DNA from: a virus
Lineage: Duplodnaviria > Caudoviricetes
Reading direction: 5' to 3' (one strand)
IMG/VR virus record: IMGVR_UViG_3300002307_000126
Span: 1 to 36,479 of that record
Length of the DNA stretch: 36,479 bases
Made by a program: the position numbers and the translations under genes. A model generated the notes under the pieces. That model was not told the DNA's origin. It did no database searches and saw nothing but the letters and a program-made list of their open reading frames with translations. Within the stretch, counting starts at the first letter, position 1, and the number at the start of each line of letters is the position of its first letter. Shown in pieces: positions 1 through 9,096 of the stretch.

Positions 1-398
1 TGAAGAATGAGAAAAAAAGAGATTTAAATACTGACGCAGAGTATAGATCTATTGTGTTTGAAAAACTGCTTAAGCATATACGTGGAGGTTACTCGATCGA
101 TTGCTTTACTACTATGAGTGCTGAAAAGATTGAACTGTTTTTAAACCTGTACCCTCTGGAGTTTATACGTGAAGAGCTTGATGAGGCAATTCGTGATGCA
201 AAGCAAGGGTGGGAGGAGATTGGACGTAAACAATCTAATGGAACATGCCTAGGCAATAGTAGAAGCTGGTACTATAACATGAGCAATAGATATGGATGGT
301 CTGAGAGGGCACAAGTGAAACAAGAGCACACAGGGTCTATTAAAGTGGATGTAGTCAACTATGCTGACACACGTAGCTCTAGCAGTACTGTAGAATAG
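1..398 (+). CDS. terS: Terminase small subunit (probably 5'-truncated by the window edge)
   Basis: Frame is open from nt 3, and nt 1-2 'tg' could complete an ATG. Motifs WEEIG...WYYNMSNRYGW and a C-terminal KQEHTGSIKV are typical of TerS. Lies upstream of terL. Confidence 0.7.
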   Translation, partial: KNEKKRDLNTDAEYRSIVFEKLLKHIRGGYSIDCFTTMSAEKIELFLNLYPLEFIREELDEAIRDAKQGWEEIGRKQSNGTCLGNSRSWYYNMSNRYGWSERAQVKQEHTGSIKVDVVNYADTRSSSSTVE

Positions 399-589
399 AA
401 CTTGTCATAATGAATGTTATGCTGACTGACAGATTAAACTTGAAACTTGAAAAATTCTATAGACCGAAGGGGTACTGCCCCTAGAGGGATAATGATTAAT
501 GATTACAGGAGTCCACAGAAATTTTTACACATTCCTGATTAGTTTTTTTTAATCAATGTAACATTTAATCATATAATTTCAAGTCTTTA

Positions 590-800
590 ATCGTTAACAT
601 GTTAAGGCTAGCAAAAGTTTAACAAAAGAGTCAAGGCTACAGTTAACATAACACTAAAGTATGATAAGGCTAGAGTTAACATAAGGGTTTAACATAACAC
701 TTTTATCTACACTCTTCAAGGTTAAGTCACTAATAGTAAGCATGTTAAGTCTGCAGTTACATAAGTCTGACATAACATTAGTGTTAAGGCCAGGCAAAAG
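590..800. repeat. AT-rich non-coding tract of interspersed short repeats (GTTAACATAA, TTAACATAACAC, AAGGCTA, TGTTAAG)
   Basis: AAGGCTA occurs three times between 604 and 672. TTAACATAA occurs at about 643, 676 and 689. Many GTTAA cores and no ORF. Confidence 0.6.
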
Positions 801-887
801 TCGGACATATCTGGTCATAAATCAGGGGTAAAACATCAATCTTTTGGCGCTAGAAGATGTTTGATACTTTTTGCCAGATCTTTTACC

Positions 888-1049
888 ATGGACGAAACTG
901 GAGAGCTTATGTTAACTTTGTGTTGCTGCTTGTTCTTTGCGTTTTTCATAGTGAATTTCATTTATTTAGTGCATTTGAGTCGTCAGTTAGACCAGGCTAA
1001 TTACGTGATTCATGAGCTTAGCGCTCTTCTAGACAGGATACTTAAGTGA
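888..1049 (+). CDS. Small single-TM membrane protein
   Basis: Hydrophobic stretch LLFFAFFIVNFIYLV followed by an amphipathic tail. Start codon uncertain. Confidence 0.4.
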   Translation: MDETGELMLTLCCCLFFAFFIVNFIYLVHLSRQLDQANYVIHELSALLDRILK

Positions 1050-1448
1050 TTTATTCTTACATACTTACAAAAAATGTTGAATCAAAGAAACACATATATT
1101 AGTGTAAGGTAAAGTGAGTATGTATGGACGAGATACATGTGTTCGTGATGAGTGTTGATGAGTATAGTGTGTTATATCAGTTGTATTATTACGAGTTAAG
1201 GCGCCATTGGGCGATTATTGGGAGGGAAGAGTGTCAATAGAGATATGTTGTATTATGTGTTCGATTGTCTATACGGTGCTGATTACTATGTACTGTATGG
1301 ATCGGATTGATTGTTTAGAGAGAAGGATTAAGTATTTAGAGATGAAGGACGATTAAGTATGGCGAAAGAATTATGTTTGCCAGAGGATAAGAGGATTCCG
1401 ACGGCAAGATTGAAGGAAAAAAAGTTAAACAAGTAAAAAGAGGTAAAT

Positions 1449-1571
1449 GTGGACAAGAAACTTAAGTCAATCGGCAAAGAAGTGAAAAAAGTGGAAAAAG
1501 ATGTCAAGAATGTAGAAAAAATGGACAAGAAAAGAGATAAATTGGTAGAAATGGGACGTAAATGTAAATAA
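1449..1571 (+). CDS. 40-aa Lys-rich protein MDKKLKSIGKEVKKVEKDVKNVEKMDKKRDKLVEMGRKCK (not in ORF track)
   Basis: GAGG RBS, GTG start, TAA at 1569-1571. Confidence 0.6.
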   Translation: MDKKLKSIGKEVKKVEKDVKNVEKMDKKRDKLVEMGRKCK

Positions 1572-1575
1572 TGAG

Positions 1576-1649
1576 TACTTCCTTTGTCGGCGGTGGCTGA
1601 TACGTACGAGTAGGAAGTGTACTGGCTCAGGGTTCGTACGCTGGGCTGG
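1576..1649 (+). ncRNA. Candidate structured RNA with three stems and a loop-loop pseudoknot
   Basis: Pairings 1576-83/1612-19, 1585-91/1596-1602 and 1622-30/1641-49. CGTACGAG (1603-10) is complementary to loop TTCGTACG (1633-40). G-U pairs favour the + strand. Confidence 0.5.
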
Positions 1650-1654
1650 GGAAT

Positions 1655-1681
1655 AGCGGCTGAATAGGCCGCTTTTTTTTT
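1655..1681 (+). terminator. Intrinsic terminator
   Basis: AGCGGC-TGAATAG-GCCGCT followed by a long T run. Confidence 0.8.
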
Positions 1682-1691
1682 AGGGGGATTT

Positions 1692-1937
1692 ATGGAATGG
1701 AAAAGCGTAGGTGAAGAGCCTAAGTCAGGTGTATGGTACCTAGTCACAGATGGAAAGGGTGCTGTTACATTAGCGAGCTATAAGAACTGCAAATGGATGA
1801 TGTTTTACGACGAGCAAGACTTAGAAGGCGGTGCTTATGCCCCTGCGAATGAGAACGTTTTTGATGTGATACATGAAAAAGATATACGATTTTGGCTAGA
1901 TATATGGAAAGAATTACCTAAGAGAGGAGCTATATGA
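1692..1937 (+). CDS. DUF551-like small phage protein
   Basis: MEWKSVGEEP...YLV...A.Y...W...W pattern and a GGGGA RBS. Confidence 0.55.
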   Translation: MEWKSVGEEPKSGVWYLVTDGKGAVTLASYKNCKWMMFYDEQDLEGGAYAPANENVFDVIHEKDIRFWLDIWKELPKRGAI

Positions 1938-2182
1938 GTGATAATGAAGAATTAGAGCAAGTAAAAAAGATGATACAGTCTGAAATTGATGGGTGGTATG
2001 ATGCTATGATGCAAAGATACACAGGACTTTTAGATGGTGAAAAGCTGAATATGATGTTGAATGTAGGTATTGGAGTAATGATGCTTTACATAAGACAAAA
2101 CATTCAATTAGGTTACGTTCAATCTGTAAAGGATGAAATTATACAATCTATCGAGAAGAATCTAAAGTTATCTATCAAATAA
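1934..2182 (+). CDS. Hypothetical helical protein
   Basis: ATGA overlap with the upstream gene and a GAGGAG RBS. Confidence 0.6.
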   Translation: MSDNEELEQVKKMIQSEIDGWYDAMMQRYTGLLDGEKLNMMLNVGIGVMMLYIRQNIQLGYVQSVKDEIIQSIEKNLKLSIK

Positions 2183-2229
2183 GTCTAAATTAGCAAGGAC
2201 GCTAATAAATCTAAACAAGCAAGGAAGCT

Positions 2230-3564
2230 ATGTCGAAAAAGATCACGATTCCGTATGGTTTTGAGCCACGGGAGTATCAAAGACGTATATTAACAGCACT
2301 GGATAATGGGTGTAGGAACGCATGTTGGATTGTACATCGCCGAGGTGGCAAAGACACTACGATGTGGAACTACATGATCAAACGTGCTTTTATGGAGCCA
2401 GGAACTTACTACTATTTTCTGCCGAGCTTTACTCAGGCTAAGCGTGTTATCTGGGACGGTATGACGAATGATGGCAAGCGGATGTTGGACTACATACCTA
2501 AGCAGATCATAGACGGCAGCCCGAACAATACCGAGATGAAAGTATGGATCAACGGAATGAAGGGTCAAAGCTTGATCCAGCTGATTGGCAGTGACTCTTT
2601 TGATGCGATAATGGGAACGAATCCTAGGGGTGTAGTGTTCAGCGAGTGGAGTTTGATGGACCCAAGGGCGTACGACTACATTAAGCCTATTCTTGCGGCA
2701 AATGGTGGCTGGTCTGCATTTATCTACACGCCAAGGGGAAAGAATCATGGATGGGAACTGGCAGAGATAGCAAGACGCAACCCAGATGAATGGTTCTACG
2801 AGATTCTTACCATACGAGATACAGGTGTTCTGACAGAGGCGCAGGTAGAAGCCGAGAGACGTAAAGGCATGCCGGAAGATATGGTCCAACAGGAGTTCTT
2901 TTGCGACTTTAACAAGGGCCAAGAAGGAAGCTACTATGGCCGGCAGATGGACCAATTGCGTAAGAAAGGCCAGATGACAAAGGTGGAGTACGAGCCGTCG
3001 GTGCCAGTCAGGACTTACTGGGACCTGGGCATTGGCGACTGCACTGCTATTTGGTTTGCTCAATTCGTGGGTAAAGAAATTCATTTGATTAACTATTATG
3101 AAAATTCCGGTGAAGGTTTAGCTCACTATGCACGGGTTGTTGATGAGTACCGGAGAGAAACTGGATGTTTATATGACCTTCACGTAGCCCCACATGACAT
3201 TCAAGCTCGGGAGCTGTCAACAGGCAAGACAAGACTTGAAACAGCTCGTCGGTTAGGGCTGAACTTCCGTGTTGCGCCAAGAGCGAGCTTAGAATCTGGG
3301 ATAGAAGCATGCCGTATGATTCTCGCAAGATGCTGGTTCGATGAAAAGCGATGCGAACAGGGGATAAAGTGCTTAGAGAACTACCGGAAGACGTATAATG
3401 AAAAGTTCCGCGTGTATGGGGATAAGCCTTTTCACGATTGGACGTCTCATGGTGCGGACGCTTTTCGGATGCTTGCTCTGACTGAGAGTGATTTTGCTCC
3501 GGATCGGGGTGTGTCTGATCGTGACTATGACAACATGAAGGGTCGCTGGGGCTGGAAGGGCTAA
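2230..3564 (+). CDS. terL: Terminase large subunit
   Basis: Q motif PREYQ, Walker A HRRGGKD, Walker B VVFSEW, coupling motif YTPRG, RNase H-like WDLG...D...HGADAFR. Confidence 0.95.
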   Translation: MSKKITIPYGFEPREYQRRILTALDNGCRNACWIVHRRGGKDTTMWNYMIKRAFMEPGTYYYFLPSFTQAKRVIWDGMTNDGKRMLDYIPKQIIDGSPNNTEMKVWINGMKGQSLIQLIGSDSFDAIMGTNPRGVVFSEWSLMDPRAYDYIKPILAANGGWSAFIYTPRGKNHGWELAEIARRNPDEWFYEILTIRDTGVLTEAQVEAERRKGMPEDMVQQEFFCDFNKGQEGSYYGRQMDQLRKKGQMTKVEYEPSVPVRTYWDLGIGDCTAIWFAQFVGKEIHLINYYENSGEGLAHYARVVDEYRRETGCLYDLHVAPHDIQARELSTGKTRLETARRLGLNFRVAPRASLESGIEACRMILARCWFDEKRCEQGIKCLENYRKTYNEKFRVYGDKPFHDWTSHGADAFRMLALTESDFAPDRGVSDRDYDNMKGRWGWKG

Positions 3565-3627
3565 GTGTTTTCAAAGTCTCAGATAAGTTCTTTAAAAGCA
3601 TTGCCATTTTTACTAGTTCTAAGTCAC

Positions 3628-4689
3628 TCATTTTAAGTTCTTTGTGTTTTTATTGATTAATTGTATTGATTTATTCATATCCGCTAAAGATTCTGGGTTT
3701 TTCAAGGAGACAGACATTCTACCAGGTTTACCATTAACAACTTCCGCCACAAAAAGTTGATGTTCTGGTATCAAACTGTCATTCTCCGCGGCCATTTTTG
3801 GGTTAATTTTACGGAGAATTTCATTGTATTGCAAGGCTTTTTGTTGAATCGGTGATAATTTTTGCTCAGGGTTTTTGCGTCTGGTGACAATTTCTCGGTA
3901 ATTTTCAGGGTTTTTAATCACAGCTTTGAGTTGTTTGATGTAGCAATTTTCACCGGTTAGAACAGTCTCGGGATGATAGACATATTCAACGGCAAATCTT
4001 ACTTCAGCTTCGGGTAGTTTAGATAGAGTTATCTTCTGCTGATCTGACAAATTTGGTAGATCCTTAAGAAAATCATATATAAAAAAGTTATTAGTTAAAA
4101 TTTGTTCATCAGGTTTAGGCTCAATTTTTGGGTCAGGCTGTTGGGATTTCGGCGGGCTGTAATTAATAACTTCTTTACTAGCTATATTATCTTTAATAAG
4201 TAGTGGCGGGTTAACCAGATCGGGATTTTCCCGATCTGGATATTTCTTATCTTTAGGTTTAGTTTTTTGAGGCTTAGATTTTGTTTGTTTGACCTTGATA
4301 TTACGTGGTTTACGCGGAGATGTATAAAGTTCAATTAAAGAATTTTCTTGTTTCAATTCTTGCAATCTTTGGTGTACCATTTCAGTTGTTTGTTTGACTT
4401 CGTAAACCTCAAAAAACATGCTTTCCATGGTGCCGTTTTTTCGTCGAATTATGAACCTTGCGGCATACCCATTTTTGATAAGTTCATCGCATTGACTATA
4501 AACTGCATCTTTACCATCTTGGCAGTTTTTTACCATTTCGCAGATATAAAAATCCCAATCATCTGGCCTGGACATGCAATAAAACCAAAGACCTTTAGCG
4601 CAATTACGCAAGTTAGGGTCTATTGCTATTGATTTATTGATTGTTATGTATGAGTTGTTTTTATCGTGACGGACGCGGATTACTGACAT
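3628..4689 (-). CDS. Phage/plasmid replication initiator-like HTH protein
   Basis: N-terminal NSYITINKSIAIDPNL..AKGLWFYCMSRPDDW HTH signature and a PDRENPDLVNP linker. AAGGAGA RBS favours the ATG at 4689 over 4710. Confidence 0.75.
   Translation of the reverse strand: MSVIRVRHDKNNSYITINKSIAIDPNLRNCAKGLWFYCMSRPDDWDFYICEMVKNCQDGKDAVYSQCDELIKNGYAARFIIRRKNGTMESMFFEVYEVKQTTEMVHQRLQELKQENSLIELYTSPRKPRNIKVKQTKSKPQKTKPKDKKYPDRENPDLVNPPLLIKDNIASKEVINYSPPKSQQPDPKIEPKPDEQILTNNFFIYDFLKDLPNLSDQQKITLSKLPEAEVRFAVEYVYHPETVLTGENCYIKQLKAVIKNPENYREIVTRRKNPEQKLSPIQQKALQYNEILRKINPKMAAENDSLIPEHQLFVAEVVNGKPGRMSVSLKNPESLADMNKSIQLINKNTKNLK
4215..4239. repeat. Perfect 11-bp inverted repeat inside the rep gene (candidate origin or initiator site)
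   Basis: CCAGATCGGGA-TTT-TCCCGATCTGG. Confidence 0.6.
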
Positions 4690-4725
4690 AAGATCTCCTT
4701 TTTCCCACATTTTGTTTATTTTACA

Positions 4726-4754
4726 TTGCCAGAAAAAAGAGATCTTTGTAAGAT
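4726..4754 (+). promoter_or_regulatory. Sigma70-type promoter pointing antisense to the rep leader
   Basis: TTGCCA-17 nt-TAAGAT. Confidence 0.5.
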
Positions 4755-4781
4755 ACTATCTGTCTAGCGAATGTAGACCTG

Positions 4782-4824
4782 AAGGTTAGTGAGTTGTGCG
4801 AAGGACGCACTAACCTTTTTTTTT
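4782..4824 (+). terminator. Intrinsic terminator closing a putative ~65-nt antisense RNA
   Basis: AAGGTTAGTG...CACTAACCTT followed by a T run. Confidence 0.65.
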
Positions 4825-4951
4825 ACTCAAAAGCAAAATCTATCAATTTCTTTAATTTCACACAAGCATCTTTCTAAAAAAACACATCCCCCCTTGTAAA
4901 AAAAGATTAATTCATTAAGACTAACGGTAATGGATTATTCTAGAGGTAAGG

Positions 4952-6931
4952 ATGCCGACAGATTATGATATAGTCTCTGATTTTACACAGGACTATAATC
5001 GCGCGTACATGTTGTTAAATACTTACTATGCAGAGGCTTACCGAGACCTTGGGTTCTACCTGGGCAATCAGTGGTCGCTAGAGCAAATGCAGTATCTTAA
5101 CAACGAGCGACGCAACAGTTTCACTTTCAATAAGTCTCGCAAAACAATCAACATGGTGTCTGGTTACCTTAGTGCAAATCAGAATATGAGCATTGTTATA
5201 CCTCGCGAAAATTCCAATGCGAAAACAGCCGAGCAGTTAACACAATTACTTCAAACGCAGATGCAGCCTAAGGGTTACAAGGCAATGACCAAGGCTAAGC
5301 ACAATTCTTTGGTGACTGGCTTATGCTGGGTATCGCCTTGGGTAGACTATAGATCAGATTACGTCAATGGCAGAATAGAGTATAACATCGACAATTGGAA
5401 CGACGTTATCTGGGATCCATTCAGCTATCGTATCGATCTGGAGGACTGTACCTTTGTGGCTCGAAGAAAGTACCTGAGCAAAGATGTGATAAAAAGTCTT
5501 GTGCCAGGGTGCGAGAGAGAAGTTGACGCAATGGGCTATGGTAACCGTGACGAGAAGTTTTCCTACGAACCTTATGCAAGACAGTGGGGGTTGCAGGAGC
5601 TTCTGGCATATAACGAGTATTGGAAGCAACGTTACAAGAAAGGATGGCTACTGGTAGATAAGGTCACAGGCGAGCAGAAGCCATGGAAAGGCGACAAGAA
5701 ACGATTACAAATGATGCAGAGCTTTTTCCCGAACCTTGCAGTGATAGAAGGCTACTACAAGACTGTGGAATATAACATCATTGTCGAGAACAGGTTGCTT
5801 TACAGTGGCGAAGATCCTTGGGGCATGGGAGAATACCCGTTTGTGCCGTACTATTGCGTGTTCGACCCTTCTTATGATCTGTTCCAGTGGAAAATCCAGG
5901 GCTTGCAAAGACTTTTACGTGATAGCCAGGAAGAATATAACATGCGCAAGAGCAAGTTATTAGACATCGTGGACTCGCAGATTGGTAGTGGCTGGAAAGT
6001 GAAGAGCGGAGCCGTGTCTAACCCTAAGAGCTTATTTCAGACTGGCCAGGGTAAAGTGATATTTTTCAATCCAAATTTCGAGGTAAGTGATGCTGAAAGA
6101 ATTGATCCGCCGTCAGTGCCAGAAAGTTTGTTCGCTCTGCAAGAGAGTTTTGACGCTGATATCAAGGACTTTGTAGATCTGGGCGCATTGGGTAACGATC
6201 AGACCGATAGAATGAGCTCAATGCTGTTTAAGATGAAACAATCTATGGCGATAATGCAACTTGGACCGATCATAGAGAACTTTAAGGAAGCAGATTATCT
6301 CCTAAGTAAAAAAGTGTTAAAGCTGATACAGAAGTTTACGCCGGAGAAAGTTCAGCGCCTGATAAAAGAAGAGCCTACGCCAGAGTTTCACAATAACACA
6401 TTTTTAGAGTACGACGTAGATTTGGTAGAAGCGCTAATGACAGATTCACAGCGCCAGATGGCCTTTATGGAAGCTTGGTCGATGAAGATGGGTGGCGTGA
6501 ATGTGCCTGATCAAATGTTGTGGAGCTTGGCACCATGGCCGATTGATAAAAAGTTTGCCGAGGAGATGGAACAACAAGCACAGGCGGCAAAAGAGCAGCA
6601 GAAACAAGAGATGGAAGACAAGAAGCAGGTTAATGAGCTTTTGCAGGCTAAGGCGTTTACCGACGTTTCCTTGGGCCAAGAGCGCCTGAGCCGAATCAAG
6701 TACGACGCAGCCTTGTCTGAAGAACGTTTGGCCGCTGCGCAGGAAGAACGTAGCCGCAGTGTATTGGATGAAGTACGAGCAGCAAAAGAGATGCAGGAGA
6801 TAGACATTAACAACGCCGAGAAGCTGCTTAACATAATCCGAGGCGTGCAAGAAGAACAACGCTTAGACGCAGCTGATACTGTCGTGCCACAACCTGCAAT
6901 TAAAGATAAAAATGAGACTAAAAATACTTGA
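4952..6931 (+). CDS. Portal protein, P22-like
   Basis: 659 aa. FYLGNQW, TFNK..KTINMVSG, WDP...DLEDC, YPFVPY and G..RLLRDSQEEYN motifs, with a long C-terminal helical barrel. Follows terL. Confidence 0.92.
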   Translation: MPTDYDIVSDFTQDYNRAYMLLNTYYAEAYRDLGFYLGNQWSLEQMQYLNNERRNSFTFNKSRKTINMVSGYLSANQNMSIVIPRENSNAKTAEQLTQLLQTQMQPKGYKAMTKAKHNSLVTGLCWVSPWVDYRSDYVNGRIEYNIDNWNDVIWDPFSYRIDLEDCTFVARRKYLSKDVIKSLVPGCEREVDAMGYGNRDEKFSYEPYARQWGLQELLAYNEYWKQRYKKGWLLVDKVTGEQKPWKGDKKRLQMMQSFFPNLAVIEGYYKTVEYNIIVENRLLYSGEDPWGMGEYPFVPYYCVFDPSYDLFQWKIQGLQRLLRDSQEEYNMRKSKLLDIVDSQIGSGWKVKSGAVSNPKSLFQTGQGKVIFFNPNFEVSDAERIDPPSVPESLFALQESFDADIKDFVDLGALGNDQTDRMSSMLFKMKQSMAIMQLGPIIENFKEADYLLSKKVLKLIQKFTPEKVQRLIKEEPTPEFHNNTFLEYDVDLVEALMTDSQRQMAFMEAWSMKMGGVNVPDQMLWSLAPWPIDKKFAEEMEQQAQAAKEQQKQEMEDKKQVNELLQAKAFTDVSLGQERLSRIKYDAALSEERLAAAQEERSRSVLDEVRAAKEMQEIDINNAEKLLNIIRGVQEEQRLDAADTVVPQPAIKDKNETKNT

Positions 6932-7229
6932 AAATGACTGTATTGTAACCTGCGAAATTAGTTCTTTGGATGATTTAAAGCGAAAAGTAGAAGAACTAAA
7001 AAAGGACTTTATAAAGTTTAACAAAGTAGATTTTAGAAGAAAGAATGATAATTATTACGAAAGATACTGTAACGAGTTAGATAATCTGGTGAAAGAATAT
7101 ACGGATGGTGACTTATTACATTGCAAAACATGTACAAACGAAGATCACGAAGGCATGTTTTGTAGGTGTGAGTCTAGGAATATACGAATAGCGAAAGATA
7201 AAAGACTAAAACGCGAGTGCCAAAGATGA
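6912..7229 (+). CDS. Hypothetical protein with C-terminal Cys cluster
   Basis: ORF with CKTC...CRC, AT-rich. Confidence 0.5.
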   Translation: MRLKILENDCIVTCEISSLDDLKRKVEELKKDFIKFNKVDFRRKNDNYYERYCNELDNLVKEYTDGDLLHCKTCTNEDHEGMFCRCESRNIRIAKDKRLKRECQR

Positions 7230-7438
7230 AACCTGAAGATCCGGTGTTACATGTTTCGACAGTGATGGATGAAGAGCTCATGTTAAAGCGATCTTTTTGG
7301 GTTGCGAGAGAACTACGGCAATTGATGAGTAAGAAGACTGACGTGACTTATGACATGAACTTTCGCGGAGCTTTAGATGCCTACATAGATAAAATTGAGG
7401 CCAAGCTGATAAACATGGGTGTCAGGTTAATGCAATGA
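7226..7438 (+). CDS. Hypothetical protein
   Basis: ATGA overlaps on both sides. Start is 7217 or 7226. Confidence 0.55.
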   Translation: MKPEDPVLHVSTVMDEELMLKRSFWVARELRQLMSKKTDVTYDMNFRGALDAYIDKIEAKLINMGVRLMQ

Positions 7439-7734
7439 ATCAAGACGGATGGGGTTTTACAGGCGCAGGGTTAAACGATCGCAAGCTAGTTGGACCAGAC
7501 CTACAGCATTCAGTTCAAGATTCAACCAATTCAAAATATGTGAGTTTTAAGCCTATTGTAGGATTTCACGAAGATGGAGGACCAATGAAAGAAAAGATCA
7601 ATACTATGCATGAGCAGTTAGAGGTCGAAAAGAAGAGGCACGAAGAATCATTGAAACATCACGAGCATCATTTAGAAAAGCATCGTGGTAGGCATTATGA
7701 TTCGCAGTATGGTCAAGATGATTACAAGTATTAG
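7435..7734 (+). CDS. His-rich low-complexity protein (ERxxHE-motif family)
   Basis: EKKRHEESLKHHEHH. Confidence 0.6.
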   Translation: MNQDGWGFTGAGLNDRKLVGPDLQHSVQDSTNSKYVSFKPIVGFHEDGGPMKEKINTMHEQLEVEKKRHEESLKHHEHHLEKHRGRHYDSQYGQDDYKY

Positions 7735-7742
7735 GAGGATAT

Positions 7743-7943
7743 ATGTTTGGTAATGATTTTTATAACAGCTCTGAGTTGGAACCAAGTTGGACTACGCAAT
7801 TGGACATGAATGGGATGCAGCCGCACAGCAGGGAAGCGGTCGAGCGTTCGATCAATCACGCGAGAAGTGAGCGCAAGTATCAGATGATTGAAGGCGAGCT
7901 AATGGATTATGTAACAGGAATACAATTTTCGGACAAACCATGA
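7743..7943 (+). CDS. Small hypothetical protein
   Basis: AGGAGG RBS, coupled to the next ORF. Confidence 0.65.
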   Translation: MFGNDFYNSSELEPSWTTQLDMNGMQPHSREAVERSINHARSERKYQMIEGELMDYVTGIQFSDKP

Positions 7944-8167
7944 CAGCGATGTTTCAAGGCGAGGGTGGCTATACACCTGCGGTAGGTCAGGAGATGAAGA
8001 CTCATTTACCTGGGATGACACCTGCGTTAGAGCAAGGATCTGAGGGAAAGACGATGAGTGACTTACAGATGATGATGGAGAACGAAAGGAAGCAGCACGA
8101 GCAGAGTTACATCTATCAGAACGGTCACAATGATGGCAGCTCGGCTTTAGGAACACCTTCATTTTAA
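7940..8167 (+). CDS. Small Met/Gln-rich protein (ERxxHE-motif family)
   Basis: LQMMMENERKQHE and an ATGA overlap. Confidence 0.6.
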   Translation: MTAMFQGEGGYTPAVGQEMKTHLPGMTPALEQGSEGKTMSDLQMMMENERKQHEQSYIYQNGHNDGSSALGTPSF

Positions 8168-8174
8168 GGACTTT

Positions 8175-8330
8175 ATGGATGAACTGACTTTGAAAGAATT
8201 GATACTAGTGATGAAAGAAAGATGTAAAGGCGATGCAAGAATACACGATGCATTTATTTGTATGACTGCCTTAATTGACAGGTTCTGCACGCATTTGGAA
8301 GAGAAACTTGAAGAACTGGAAGATCGGTAA
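8175..8330 (+). CDS. 51-aa hypothetical protein MDELTLKEL...EELEDR (not in ORF track)
   Basis: AAGGA RBS, TAATG overlap with the next gene. Confidence 0.55.
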   Translation: MDELTLKELILVMKERCKGDARIHDAFICMTALIDRFCTHLEEKLEELEDR

Positions 8331-8659
8331 TGGGCACACTATCTCAGAGTGGCAATGCGCCGATGAACACACTAAAGCCACAGCCTGGGCAGTCGAACAG
8401 TTATGTGCCTAAGTTTCATCCTTTACCTGGTGACTGGGCTAAGCAACAGATGAGTGGTGAATACAAGTCTCACAGTGAAAAGCATGCTAATTCGACCGAG
8501 TTGCAAAGAGCGTTAGCGTCCGAGAGACAGCAGCACGAATACTGGGAAGACTGGCAAGGAATCAAGCCTGGCAAAGCTGTATATGAGAACCCACGTGAGC
8601 TGCAAAATACATTATTGCCCAGTGCAAAATACGGAACGGAAGGAAGAGGATATGGTTAA
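8330..8659 (+). CDS. Low-complexity protein (ERxxHE-motif family)
   Basis: LQRALASERQQHE. Confidence 0.6.
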   Translation: MGTLSQSGNAPMNTLKPQPGQSNSYVPKFHPLPGDWAKQQMSGEYKSHSEKHANSTELQRALASERQQHEYWEDWQGIKPGKAVYENPRELQNTLLPSAKYGTEGRGYG

Positions 8660-8927
8660 GATTGAGTTTTACGACGATTTAGACAACAGAGTGATAGATT
8701 CTATGTTAAAGCAGCATGTGAATATGGATAACTGGGATTTCGTGTTATTTATTCCGGACTGTTACGAGCATGTGTTTGACGTGAGAACAGACGATGGTGC
8801 AGTGGAAGTTGAGCCTAAGAGCTACTACCTTAGCCGATTAGTAACAGTGATGAACTACGGCGAATGGTACAAGGTAAAAAATTTTAACGGATCAGACGGA
8901 TACTTAGGAGTAGCATACCACGGATGA
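8652..8927 (+). CDS. Hypothetical protein
   Basis: GAGGA RBS before the ATG at 8652 (MVKIEF...GVAYHG). Confidence 0.6.
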   Translation: MVKIEFYDDLDNRVIDSMLKQHVNMDNWDFVLFIPDCYEHVFDVRTDDGAVEVEPKSYYLSRLVTVMNYGEWYKVKNFNGSDGYLGVAYHG

Positions 8928-9049
8928 AAAAGACAGCACTCGAGAAAGCAAGATCAGCTCTAAGAAAGGCAGATCATGTTAAAACACCAAAGTCGATTAA
9001 GCAGAAATTAAAAAAGCCCTTAAAGTCACGTAACCTTAAGGGCAATTAA
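8924..9049 (+). CDS. 41-aa basic protein MKKTALEKARSALRKADH... (not in ORF track)
   Basis: ATGA overlap, stop at 9047-9049. Confidence 0.5.
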   Translation: MKKTALEKARSALRKADHVKTPKSIKQKLKKPLKSRNLKGN

Positions 9050-9096
9050 CAAAAGTAAAGTACTACGATATATATTTTAGCAGGAGGGCAAATTAT

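Noticed and set aside
1328-1747. 139-aa minus-strand ORF
   Set aside because: Its Phe/Ser-rich composition mirrors the A-rich + strand gene at 1449 and the RNA element.
2290-3631. Long minus-strand ORFs (264 and 180 aa)
   Set aside because: Antisense shadows of terL with no recognisable motifs.
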